This document shows positions 10,899-23,736 of a stretch of 50,510 bases of DNA, one piece after another. This DNA is from Paraphysomonas bandaiensis. Its lineage: Eukaryota; Protista; Chrysophyceae. Below the pieces are notes generated by a model that was not told the origin of the DNA, made no database searches, and was given only the letters and a program-made list of their open reading frames with translations. Position 1 is the stretch's first letter, and each line of letters starts with the position of its first letter. The position numbers and the translations under genes are program-made. The stretch covers positions 1 through 50,510 of the forward strand of contig CBFFRP010000339.1 of assembly GCA_965644295.1 (NCBI GenBank). The letters are read 5' to 3'.

Positions 10899-11383
10899 CT
10901 TATTATTAGCAATAATAGGCGTTTAAGAGCCAGTGCTTAACTCTGGTATCCTTCTATTTAACGCTACAAAAGTTACTTGTGCTTCACCGTAAGCACAAAG
11001 GCTCAACTACTTTCACTCAAAGCAAACGCAGTGATCAAGCAGAATGTTGATATACCTGACATCTGCTGACATCAGGTTTGTGAGTCCTTAAGATGAACAG
11101 CACAAATGCTTGACTGACTTCAGCAGTTCAGCACGCAGCACAAAATCTGAATGTCCTTGAGGTAGGCCCATTCCCGGATGCCTGTTTATTCGTCAAAGCC
11201 CAAAGACGTCTTACACAAGAGACAACTATTAGTGCCCCTGTACCACACAAGCATTACGCTATGAGTAGGCAGAACAATATCTGCTGACTATATATGCGGC
11301 TCACGTTAGTTTACCAAAGAAATATCTTCGGTACTTATCCCCCAGAACACCTCGAAAAGGTGTGACTCCGACTATGTTGAGGG
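10899..11383 (-). mobile_element. Copy A of the ~0.5-kb SINE-like repeat with 5' HDV-like ribozyme signature
   Basis: Colinear similarity to copies at 31478-31970 and 32353-32839. Starts CCCTCAAC and ends TATTGCTAATAATAAG on the minus strand. Weak degenerate TSD (GATCAGTCAGTAA / GATCGGATAGTAA). Confidence 0.85.
11300..11383 (-). ncRNA. Putative HDV-like self-cleaving ribozyme (copy A)
   Basis: CCCUCAAC AUAGUCGGAG UCAC ACC UUUUCGA GGU GUUCUGGGGG AUAAGU ACCGAAGA UAUU UCUUUGGU AAACUAAC GUGA. Assignments: P1 CCCUCA/UGGGGG, P2 UCAC/GUGA, P3 ACC/GGU, 8-bp P4, J4/2 containing CUAA. Confidence 0.65.
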
Positions 11384-11883
11384 ATCGGATAGTAAACTTC
11401 ACCCATACCTAATACTTTGCTGCAGTTTACCCTGCACATTATATAGTATATAGTGATTTTCAAATGTGTTGATTTTCTTCAGTATCAGATATTTTCTCAT
11501 AAATAAAATAATTCTAATCACGAATTTCGACTCAATGATGATGTAGTCGCAGCAGGGGTAATATTCGTCTCGTTCAAAATCGAAGAAAACAATGTGTTTA
11601 ATAATGTGATCCATTTTTTCGCATAGCAGTGCACAGTGTATATAGAAGCGTAATTAATGCATACTACGACACTGCTACAACTAGGGTAACGATGACTCCA
11701 CAGGTATTTGATCAACAAGTGTAGAAGGTAGACACTGATAATTGATCGTGAAAATTACTTACTTATCTGTATTTATCTGCAATTGTTTGCTATGTACTAA
11801 CGTCTAAATATTAGGATTAGAGTATGATAAACCGTTTATATCACCCTTAAATGTAACTGGGAGTGAACGAATTGCATCCCTAC

Positions 11884-12605
11884 CAGAGATAGGGAAATAT
11901 ATATTGTATTGCAATGTATTGTAAAATATATTGATTGGTGGACTGGTCAAATATTCCATCAATATTGTTTCTGTTAAAGTCAATATTATGATAGTCATAT
12001 ATACAGAAAGCTTCTTAACTGTAGGGTAAAGAATATAAGTCCATGTATATAAATCTCCGTTCAGACAGTGATTATTAAAACAATACAGAGGATGACGAAG
12101 CTGAAGTTGGCTATGCGGAAAAATTCTTCAATCGGCTCAAAACTTTAAGAAGCGGAAAGTTGAAATATATAAGTATAGGTGCAGGAGTCATGTAGTATGT
12201 ACTACCAATACATGTGAACTGATTATATCAGTGTTGCATAAAAGTATGCATCCTACTACACTTAATATGCTGTTGTTTCTGAAAGCTAACCGACAGTTGT
12301 GGCCGGATGCAAGCATATTTTTCCGATATGGTGATGATGATGTCACCGATGATGGCTCAGAGGATGAGTATGAGGAAACTTTTAATTAGTTAAGAGAAGT
12401 CGGTTTGATTATCAAGTGACCTTCGACCTTAGACCTCATAATGACAAGTACTAAAAACTAGGGATGTGTTTACTTACTGATTAGTCATACTAATATAAGG
12501 CTATATATTGCAATAGTATTGTAGGGCCGGTTTAAAAAACCCATCAATACTATTGATGGAACGCTATCTAACAATAGAATTGCAATATATTTTTCCCTAT
12601 CCCTG
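11884..12605 (+). mobile_element. Internally deleted non-autonomous hAT DNA transposon (722 bp)
   Basis: Imperfect TIRs CAGAGATAGGGAAATATATATTG / reverse complement CAGGGATAGGGAAAAATATATTG. Perfect 8-bp TSD ATCCCTAC (11876-11883 and 12606-12613). Internal remnant KYRCRSHVVCTTNTCE...KSMHPTTLNMLLFLKANRQLW (~12147-12312) resembles the hAT C-terminal dimerization region. Confidence 0.88.
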
Positions 12606-12870
12606 ATCCCTACATATGTAATCAATGAACGTCGCTATGTTTATGTACGCCCTGGTATGCACTCTGAATCGTGTTCAGCAGTATTTACAAGAAATTAAAA
12701 CTTATTATAATACGGATATTTTATAAGAAAAAATCAAAAGTTTAATGTCTGTAATATCTATTTTACTCTGCATCGGTGCTCGATGATCACCAAATTCATT
12801 ATAGATATGCTTCACTCATGCGACTTTGAACTTGTATATACAAATTTGTCAAATCAGTTAATAATCTGAT

Positions 12871-15800
12871 CTAATTGGTCTTACTAGCAGCAATCATAAT
12901 AGAAAATATCTCCTCCATGTCCATTTTTCGAAATGAATATTTGGTAACAATTCCCCGCAGCGAAAGATTATCTAGTACTAACCAAGCAATAGAAAAAGGC
13001 ACTACGAGTTTCTCAAGAGTAATGCGCACAAGGGTATCGCTATACACAACCACTCTTTCAAGTGCAAGTTCTGATTTCCCGATTTGTTCAGAAAATTCCA
13101 ATAGAAAATCATGAATCGCTGTGGAGTCATATCTCGGGACCAGACTCGGTGCCACGACAACGTCGATCTGATAAAACAAGTCTGACACGCTATCAAAGGC
13201 TGCCATTGCCCCATCAAATTGAAGTCGTCCTCCAAGCAACATTAAGGTTCGACTACAGACTCTCACACATTCATCTAGGCGATGAGATGCAAAAAGCAAA
13301 CCTTGTTCATCCGGCAGGCTACAGAGATACTGAACGATACGCTCAGCAGCGGCAGGATCTACTCCACTGGATGGCTCATCTAGCATCAACATCGATGGAA
13401 AGTTCACATTAGAGAGCAACACTGCCAACTTACGCTTGTTGCCACCACTCAGTGATTTGATTGTGTACGTGAAATACTTTTTGGGCAAAATCGCATACAA
13501 ATCTCCCTCAAATTTCTTCGCTATATCTGGCCTCAAAGATTTACTTCTGAGACCAGAAAAGAGATCGACAGCTTCCTGAACAGTCATGAACTCGAATAAA
13601 CCACCATCTTGCGGTACATATCCCACAGCTCCCGCCCGCCCCAAAAGCCAGTTATCTAGTACACTGTCCATCCCACACAACATAGCACGCCCTTGAACTG
13701 GAATCACTTCACTAGTTGATAGCGCTTTGAAAAGAGTACTCTTTCCTCCGCCGTTGATCCCCATGAGAGCAATTCGCTCCCCGATACTAACATTTACATT
13801 AAGCTCCTTTATGATTGGCCGGGAGGCCCCTCTGTATGAAACACTCAGATTATCACATTGCAAAAGTGGCCGATCATTTCTGCTGCCGGATTTAAAACTT
13901 CTGGCTGCTATGGAAGGCCCCCCTCCCATAGTATATGACTCAGAATCAAGCTGTTCCGATAAGGTGCGACTGAGACGACTACCGCAGTATTCTGCATCTG
14001 AGCTAGAACTAAAACTGCAAGCTTTCTTCATGGAAGATATATCCGTATTCCTTTCAATATCTTTCCCATCAGCGGAAATCACGGTAGGCGGAATCGAGCT
14101 GTACGCCCATGTACTCTGTGAACGAGAGGCCATGTGAATATAGTGCTTAATAGTCTCTTGTATAGAAATATCCGATGGTAATCGAACGCGATTCCGTGTC
14201 CTATCCACACACCAGTGAAACCCATCCGAAACAGAGCACAAACTCCTGTAGCAGAAACAGACAGCTGGATAGTAATACATATCTACAAGTATTGTAATAG
14301 TAAGATAAGCAAACACTTGAATGACCATCGCCACCAATGGGGCGTGCATATCACTCCAACTGGTGCTGCCCCCCTTCGCAAGAATACCAACCGATTTTCC
14401 ATACTGCCGCACGTATCTGGAAAACATTTCAAATAAGCACGATGAGAGAGCGTATGAAGGGGATATCCATGTCAACAAGACTGAAATCTGGACATATGGT
14501 TCTTCACTGTGCAGCGCTAAAAACAACTTCAAAAACAATCCCCCACATATGGTTGTGACCAGAGAAATAAGTTGAGACGATATTTGATCTGTTGAAACAA
14601 CAGCAAAAGCATAATTTGCCGCAACAGATGCATGTGCATATGCCGTGAGTGCAACAAGGAACATTACTCCCGGTAGGGGTTCACTGTCAAAGAAAAAGCT
14701 CTCTATGGGCGCCCCTCCAATCCAAATGGCAGCGTATATACTGAGCAGAGATACCACAAGCATTTGCGAGTCGGCTATGAAATTGGATATCCAATACAGG
14801 GCTGGCGATACACCGCACAAGTGAATCTGCGTTTTTACACCGGTGGACTTACTGGAAGTGATAAACTTCAATATCATGGTCGAAGTCATCAATATATACA
14901 ACACAATCATCAGAGCACCTAGGTATCCACGCTGCATGTACATAGGACTAGATGTGTTGGCATCATCGAACGGGTGACTGAAGAGTCGATATGTTTTTTG
15001 GGCGGACTCCAAATTACATGTACGCGCAGACTCGTTGAAGCGAGAATATTTGGTTCCGTATATAAAAGGTGCGACTTCCTTTAAAAATATTGGAGCGCCA
15101 TGGTCGGTTGTTACATTAGTCATCATTGTGAGATTAGCATGCAGAGATTGATATGACGTAACAATTAATGCAGTACGGTCAGAGAAGCTGTCGTTTCTAG
15201 TGCTATTACGCTCGCTTTCAATGGTAATTTCTATTGATGATAGCTCGTTGCAGAACGCTATTCTATCGGTCCTGTTTATTTCACTCGATGGGATGTGTAC
15301 ATCAAAGAGAGAGGCTGCATATCGGACATGGCTATCGAAATCTATCTCTGTGACATTGTTCAAGCCTATACTAGAGTTGCAAACGACGCTCTGTAAGGCA
15401 TAAAACGCATCGTACACATCCGTCACTGGTAGTTTTAAGGCATCATCAGTGATTCGTACAGTTGATTGAAGCCATTGTGGAACTGTATCATCGACAACGA
15501 AGGATGCCCATCTATTCTTCGTTCCATGGTTAAAATACTCTTCATAAAGTGTGGAAAACATATCATCAGAGCTGACAGATCCCATCCAAGTCAAAGAGTC
15601 TCCTAAAAACTCTTTTAATTGTCCATAACCCTTATACATCTTTCTCGACTTCTCAATATCCACAAGATGTACACCAGAGTGCGCCTGGTTACTTAAATCG
15701 GAGCCAGAGAATCCTATACCAGAATTTACACTGCTGACATTTGTGCCAGTGCCAACAAGTATCTCTCCAACATCCCCAAGGGTAGAGCTCGTCAATTCCA

Positions 15801-18800
15801 ACAACGGATATTCAACATCACTGCAGAAAAACACTAACACTAAAACGATGAGGAAAGGTAACAGTATGTGAGACAATAAAAATTGAGAAAAGTGAGCACG
15901 AATTTCAATCATGCGCAAATTCATCAACAAACCCATTCTCTTGAAACTCTGACCTAAGAATGATTCAGATATCGCACGGTGAATCGAAAACGACTGTGAT
16001 CCCTCTGAACTACCTCCTTTCGTCTCCGCCTCATCGAAACTACATGAACTAGCAACAGAGTACTTTCGCTCTGTGATATCATACATTCTACTCAGCGAGC
16101 TGTACGCATTAGGAGATACGACACTCCAATCAATAAGGCCATGATTCTCGAGTGTCACAACAAAGCGCCGAAACTCTTCCACGCTATCTTGCGTAAACAA
16201 TGGAATGTACCACAAGTGCAACCCAACCTCCTTGTTCATTGCAGCCTCTGGTGAATAGTTGAAGACTTCTCTTCCTCCTATCTCGCGGCAGTGTGGGAAG
16301 CGGCTAACGAACATTTCTCGCACAGCTGGATTGCATGTAGAGAACTCCACATGGTTCGCAGAGCCGTCAACACGAGTCCCTAGACTTTTCTTTTCTTCAT
16401 TTGAATGACCGTAATATCTATCAGTCTTACTTTCGCTGCTAGAGTGCAAATCAGACAGTGCACCATTGAAAGTTAAACTGTGTTCATTTAGAAACCAAAC
16501 TCGATCACTTATGACTTCTACATCGTCAATATGATGTGTCGATATTAAGACCGCACATCCACTTTTACGTGCAAGAATGCCCTTCCGTACCAATTCTCGA
16601 GTGTATGAATCACACCCGGAAGTCGGTTCATCTAGTAGGAGTACTTTTGGATTTCCCAGACATGCCATTGCAAGTGACAGACGGCGCTTCATACCCCCAG
16701 ATAAAGCGTGGGCGTGTTTATCTGCATGCTCCACTAAATCTAATTGAGAAAGCAGCAGAGATATCTCTCCACTGGACTCTCCTAAACTCTCACTAGTCGT
16801 CATACGTCGTTGTTTTGATATCGCCGCCCGGTCCACACCCAGCAAATACGAAAACATTTCAAGATGCTCGCGGACAGTCAAATAATCGTACAGAGAGTCC
16901 GTTTGGGCGCACCATCCGAGCAAACGTCTGTGCTTCCGCATTCTTCTCGGTGAAGGTCCTTTCCTGTCCCGAGCATACATCACTGTACCAGTGTAGTTCG
17001 AGTCAAATCCACCCAATATTCGCATTAAAGTTGTTTTCCCTGGAATAGACATTACGGATGATTCGAAATCCAAAAACTAAAGCAACTTACCTGCGCCATT
17101 ACTGCCAAGAAGGGTGGTCACAGAGCCAACCAACAGGTCTGCATCGACATCCTTAAGCACCTCCACAGGGGATCCATCAAATAGCTCGTATGACTTGCAC
17201 AGTTTGGACACCATAAGTCCGATAGAGTCACTATCTCGTCTTGGCAATTGCGCAAATGTACTACTTTCTTTATGCTGATAGTTATCTGCTACTGGGGTTG
17301 AAGTACTCAATGCACTGTTCTGTGAGCGCAGCCAGTCGAAGGCGTAGAACCCAATGCGATTTAAATGAAATAGTCCCTTAGGATGCACTTTTATATCCGT
17401 CGCGCCGTAAGACGCATTCGTACACGCAGCAGATGACAAACGAAGTTTGGAGGGATCAACATACAACTTTGGAGCTACACGATACTCTTTAGATGACACT
17501 ATGAGAGCAATGACAAAGTATATTACGAAGTCGATGCCAAGTATAAACGTATACACCCAAATAGGAGCACCAGATACAACTGCAAGTGTGTTCCATCCCA
17601 GTGGAGAATGTAAAGCTTCCATAGAACACAGAAGCCGTGCGACCATCACAATTGCGCTCGGAGGGAACAAGCACAGAAGTATTTCCATTGGCAACGAACG
17701 TTGCACATCATATGCCTGGAATGTAGAATTAAAGTCAGTAGGAACACAACAAAATAAAATCTACATACCAGATCATAATAAAGCATTCCTGGGAGCATTG
17801 TTAGAAATACCACAGTAGGGACGACAATAACAGCGGCTTCTGCCCTTTTCACGGCTGTGCTTATAATAATGGCGACAGGCCCTAAAATTAAATCAAAACT
17901 ACATCAAAGAAAAATATGACAAAGCACAAGCAATTAACCTAGGGCGAATCCAAACAGTAGGAAGTTTATTGCTGGTACTATCGGGTCAGTATAGTCCAGT
18001 ATGAGGCAGAAGAAAATATATGCAGCTATCGACGGAAGCAAAGCAAGGACACATGCACTTGTCACCCATGCCATGGTGCAAGACCGAATGTTGATCCCAG
18101 GTAGAGAAAACAAAGAGTCGAATTGCCCGCCTGTTGCGTCTCGACAGAAATATCCGGCAACGAGTGCTGGTGGAAGAGAAAAGTACACAACTAGAACGGT
18201 TGCTATCATAACAGCCAGTTTGTGCCAAAACACATCCATGGTATATCCACGAGTAGGATACGCTCTGTCATAAACAGGAACTTGCAACATTGGACGTGGA
18301 GCTCGTAGCTGCATAATATAGTAAGAGTGAGATCAGATCACAGACTTTTGGATCATCACCTGTGAAGATATATTATACACACTGCTGTACAGATCATCAG
18401 TTGTATTGGCACGTAGAATTCCCGCTGCCACTAGTTTTGAAAGAGTAGCAGGTTCAAGGGGGTCGAGTCTTTCCGAAACAAAAGATGATTCCGAAAACGC
18501 ATGCGAATTCAGCAGTGGACCACCCATTCCTAATGAACTGAAGAAGTTTTGAATCTCAAACTGCATTGTCAAGAACCCTGACGTAAAATATAACAGCTGC
18601 CCGGCCTGCGCACGAGAAACCCGACTTCCTTGCTTTCTTGGAGACCAGCTGAGGCAACGTATACGGTCATACGCCAGATCTAACTATAGACACAGACACT
18701 TACATAGTGTTTCTGGAGTCTGGAATACTCGACGGGTGAAATCGGAGAGTCACAGACGGTCCTACTAATTCTAATTCTTCTCTCGATAGTGAACTTACAT

Positions 18801-19655
18801 TTTGTGGACACACATTGTGCTTGTTAACTATTTCTAAAAGTACCCAGACTTTATCACAGCAATGTCCTGCCCTGGTTGCGCGGTACATAGACCTGTAAAT
18901 TCGTACATCCATATCCTACAATGTATCACAAGATAGAAACCATACACTGCAAAGTCTACAGACCTTTATTATCCTTGAGGTTTTCTTCATGTGTGAAATA
19001 AAACTCCGAGTCCAGCAGTTGTCGGGACTCACACGTATCTGAAGATCACGGACTTGCAAAAATGATCCGAACTGACCTCGTAGAAAAGATGACTTCATGA
19101 TTTCGTCTTTCATATTCGAGTTCAGATTTTGATTAACGAAATCTGATGTTTTTACATAATCGTCAAGACCAAACAATGGAAGACCATTCATCATTATGCT
19201 ACTGAGTAGACGGGCAAGATTTTTAGTATTCACAGGGTCGTTGTGTTTGACAGGGTCTAATAAACGAAAAAGGATACTACTCGGTGAAACCCCACCTATA
19301 CTGTCATAGTAGTAGTCTGAGTCTTCATCTGTATTGGGGTAGTACGGTTTGCATTTAGTTAGCGCTGCATGAGGATGATATCTGTGAGTTTTTACATCAA
19401 TACCACTACACGTGATATCAAAGGATAACTTCGAGAATGTCTGCATATCCATAAGAGAATGCAAGTAAAACACTATGAGCGTACCTTGTCTGATGAATAA
19501 ACAGAACTCATTCGTCCTGATGATAACCACATAGCATACAATACAGAGAAGAGCACCAGAGAGCTCATAATAAAGAAACGTCTATTTAAATGCTTCCTGT
19601 GGATAGATGTCAAATTATAATACGTCAGAGCTTTCACCACCGCAAGAGTGGACAT
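12871..19655 (-). CDS. ABC transporter subfamily A, full-size, multi-exon
   Basis: NBD1: GSNGAG|KTT (split by a 51-nt intron at 17040-17090), LSGGMKRRL, LLLDEPTSG. NBD2: GINGGGKST, LSGGNKRKL, LMLDEPSSG. Two TM regions with large exocytoplasmic loops. 5' exons pieced together from successive ORFs; start ATG 19655 is tentative. Confidence 0.9.
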
Positions 19656-20055
19656 GGCTAATTCTCTCACTGTTCCAATCAATCTCTGTTTCTTATAATA
19701 CCATCAATATAAACAATTAATGCATATAGTGTATGTGTATCTATATATATATGTAGGAGTCCATATGTATGTATAGATAGGCATGTAATCAATTCACTTC
19801 ATCTTTTAAAAGAAGTCGAAGTCATGGATGTGTTTCTTCCAATGATCTCCAGTACCAAGAGAATACAATGTGTATTCTACAGTATTCTATCATGTACTGC
19901 TGTATTATATACAACAGTACACTTGTGGATAGACGTATGTAGCAGTACACAATGAATAGGGACAAAAGCACATACAATCATATATCTAGATATCTCCATT
20001 TACCACTATATATATGCAACTTGTGTTAAGTTACAATAACAAGGAGTTAAGATAC

Positions 20056-20410
20056 TCCCAAATAGAGATAAACTGAGCCCTTTTGTGGTGTTTTGAGGGA
20101 TAAATACTGTAGATAATGTTTTGTAGACAAGATATACTGTTCCCCCCACTCATAGTCTAACGCATGTGCATACAAGGAAGAGAAATATATATTTTTTGTA
20201 CAGAGTTCTTTGACTTTCAGGATATTTGGGGCTTTAGGCCGCCTGGTGAAAGTAGGTATCCGGAATGAGTTGGTCATACTGCCTTTATAGATTAGGAAAA
20301 AGCATGTGATTTGGCTGAAGCACACAACACAACTCGTTGAAAGTCCCCACAGCAAAGTAAACTTTTATGTTGAGTTGAGCACTTACCGCTGTATGCAATA
20401 GTAAATAGGT
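20056..20410 (+). mobile_element. Copy B (strongly decayed) of the SINE-like repeat
   Basis: Blocks TTGTGGTGTTTTGAGGGATAAATAC, TGTTCCCCCACTCATAG and GGTATCCGGAATG match the other copies in order. The J4/2-P2 segment is missing. 3' end approximate. Confidence 0.65.
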
Positions 20411-20874
20411 GAATATTAAAGTATGTTCAGTGTCGCGCGAGCTGTTAAATTGGTTGCGACAACTTACTAACTAGGATAGGATGGTCCCCACTAAAATGTA
20501 GAGATTTTGCTGTGGTGATATACGATTATTGGATATAGTATTCTACAGCTAGGGTATGCCCATCATGTACTGGAAAAAGGTGTATAAAAATCAAATTTTG
20601 CAGTAGAGGTGGGTAGCATGTAGCAAAAGAAATTCATACATAGTAAACAATAAAGAGAAAGAGTAGCAATAGGATTAGAGACTAAATATATTAAAAGCTC
20701 AGATTTTAAGTTCTAGTAAAATGGTACCAGATATTCACAGGAATATTGCTGTATAAGGTGATTACATCCTCTATAAAGTATTTCGAAATATGAACAGTAC
20801 CTGCCAGTTCGGTGAGTACATATCATCTCTATGAACTATATCAGTACAGGGTAAATATGTTGGGGAAAATATAG

Positions 20875-22154
20875 TCATGGTAAAAATGTCGTTTTGCTGG
20901 AAGTATAGGGACTGGGTATATTGCGAATAGAGTTCGCATCAGTGTTTGATTGTTTGAAAAGAGATTTCTTAGTGCGCACATATCCTGCGGTAGCCGGACG
21001 GGACCGTATATTCGGCGTGCTTTGACGTCCATGTGGAACACTATCCACTGTCCTTCGCTGGAGTCGTGTATCTGATCTGCTCATGCGCATCGTGGATACA
21101 ATGCTTTTGTTGTTCGTGTCTCTAAAGCCAGACTTCGATGGCAGAAAAGGGGTAGGGGCAGTGCATCCATCCGCGTCTTCACCTCGCTTCAAGCAGCACG
21201 ACCACGCCATCTGCCAGTCAGTGAGCTCCGACCGGCGCTATTTTAGAGATCAATATATTAATAAACAGCAGAGTTGGTAGCGCACAAGATCACTCACGTA
21301 TACACCAGTGTGATACTTCTGCGACTGGCTAATTTTCTGCAAAGTAGCTGTTTCAGTTGGAGCTGGTGAGAAGATAGAAGGTGTCGTACAACCGGAGAGT
21401 TTGCGATGCCCTCCACTTCGAGGCATAAAGCGTTCGTGATCGTCCTTTAGTTTCCGTACAATCGCTGTGGCACGCTCAACCTGTCAGAAACTGTAAGAAT
21501 GAGGTGTACATATATTCATGATACAAATGCTAAGGTTCAGACATGTACCTTTCGCTTCAGTTCTAGTCCCTCACTCTTCACACTGACAAGCTTTTCGGAC
21601 AGGCCTTTCTGTCTCTCTGATGCTTGGGTACGAATCAGCTCGTGTTCCAAAAGTGCATGTTCTCGCTTCCTCTCAGCTTCTATCCCCTGGAGAATAGATA
21701 GGCTAGAACTAAGATCCTTGAGCGACCGTTGCATATCATCCACTTCCTGTTGAGATACAGATACCTGAACGGACATGAATTTAAGCCTTCGTTTGTTGCA
21801 CTCTATAAACCTTAGTGAGTAATTCCGCCAGCTGCTGCGTGTTCTTCTGACATCCTTTTTTCGAACATGCTGTGGTCGAATTCCTGTTTTCATCCGCAGT
21901 ACCTATCATAGAGTCATGTGTGCGTACACCTGAACCTATTTGCTTTTTCTCTTCAGAACCTCTCAAATTCTGCATCACAACACATCTTAAATGGGAGAGC
22001 ATAGACACAACGGCCTCACCAGCGCAAAAGGGATCGAAGAGGGATCAAGGTGTGATATTCTATCCACAGGTGACTTTCGCCATTCTTCATTGTATACTTC
22101 TGAATCTAATCGAGAAAATGTCTCCCATGCTGTCTTACTATCAGCAAGTGACAT
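20875..22154 (-). CDS. Hypothetical coiled-coil protein, multi-exon
   Basis: Consecutive minus-strand ORF pieces with splice-like junctions (e.g. ...LKRK|gtacatg, tctgacag|GTTGAGCG). Heptad-like segment VSQQEVDDMQRSLKDLSSSL...ELKRKVERATAIVRKLKDD. No family recognised; exon structure uncertain. Confidence 0.5.
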
Positions 22155-22782
22155 GAGGACAACGAATACACTATATGAACTCAATAACAGGACTTAACAC
22201 AATCCATTAGATCAGAAAGCAACACTAGAGAGAATGAATGCTTCAACTAATGGGGTATTCTATGAGTTATTCGTAGTTGGAGTTCTGATTCCTTCAACAA
22301 TACTCCTCAACCACTTTATGTTACAGTTTCCATACCACAATCCCCAATACCATACTACACACACACGCTATACATATACAATATTACTGTGTATACACTG
22401 CATTGTATTGTGCGATGTACCCATACATATACAATAAAACGAACTACAGGAATATTCCTCAGCTTTTTCAGGAGCATACTTTACTGATACTTTTATAGTC
22501 AAAACCCTCAGGATTTAGAAGAAAATATGTGATTTTATAAAAATATTGCAGGGAAAGTATGAAGTATTGTGCGATTCCAGTACACCGTACAGCTCTGCAG
22601 ATTAACCAGCAAGTATTTTTCTAGATGGAATATATCAATATACAGCACTACAGTATAGCTATACTCTGCTGTATAGCCATATCTCATATGCGCCTGTACA
22701 TACACAGCAGTGGCATATACCATAATTACTTCCAATTTAACAACAGACACTGTACAGTGATAATTAGAGAGTGAATCTCACC

Positions 22783-23211
22783 ATGTCTTATCTATTGCCT
22801 CATCTAAGATCCGGTTGGGCTGTGGACCAAGCCATTATTAATGAAGAAGACAGGGTTGTGGTGATACGCTTTGGACATGACTGGGATACAACATGCATGC
22901 AGATGGACGAAATCCTCTGTAATATTGCTGAAGATGTTAAAAACTTTGCTGTTATTTATTGTGTTGATATCAGTGAGGTGCCAGACTTTAATACGATGTA
23001 TGAGTTGTATGACCCATGCACGGTTATGTTTTTCTTCAGAAACAAGCACATTATGATTGACTTGGGAACAGGAAATAACAATAAAATTAATTGGGCATTT
23101 AACAACAAACAGGAAATGATAGATATTATAGAGACCGTATTTCGTGGAGCTCGAAAAGGTCGGGGGCTTGTAATATCTCCAAAGGACTACTCCACGAAAT
23201 ACAGATATTAG
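22783..23211 (+). CDS. TXNL4A: Spliceosomal U5 snRNP thioredoxin-like protein Dim1 (142 aa), intronless
   Basis: Highly conserved sequence MSYLLPHL...VDQAI...RFGHDWD...FFFRNKHIMIDLGTGNNNKINW...RGARKGRGLVISPKDYSTKYRY. Confidence 0.98.
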   Translation: MSYLLPHLRSGWAVDQAIINEEDRVVVIRFGHDWDTTCMQMDEILCNIAEDVKNFAVIYCVDISEVPDFNTMYELYDPCTVMFFFRNKHIMIDLGTGNNNKINWAFNNKQEMIDIIETVFRGARKGRGLVISPKDYSTKYRY

Positions 23212-23736
23212 TACATGTTCATATTGGGGACTCATATGTTTTCCCATGTTCCAGGTGCAGATCAAGCAGTACTTTATTCATGCATTTTTAATAAGAAACT
23301 TTTGAACTCCTACTTATGAGGTTTTGCACCATATTGCCGTCGCGATCGAAGTATGTTATTAGTATTTAACTTCCTTTTCGGCTTTTCGGAGTAGGGGTGT
23401 TTGTTGGGCAAGTCTTTGTAACTTGCATGTATACTTTTTATACTTAATTACGTATAAACCCATGTACAAAGGCTATTGAGGACTGAGCTTCTAGAGGCTC
23501 TGTATAGTGTGTAGTCCTAATGTACTAATCTTAGAAGAGAATCTAGTAACTGTGCTCAGTGCTTAATGCTTTGATGGGTACCTGCTCCCAGTGTCCACTC
23601 ATGGCATTATCACAGCCACATATTGGCTTGTAGTAAAATACCTTGTAGTTAATATATATGATGACTCTATTAAACGAAAATAACAGGTATATCAGTATTT
23701 CATTTGTTAAAATGGCATAAATTTTATATTGAGGTA

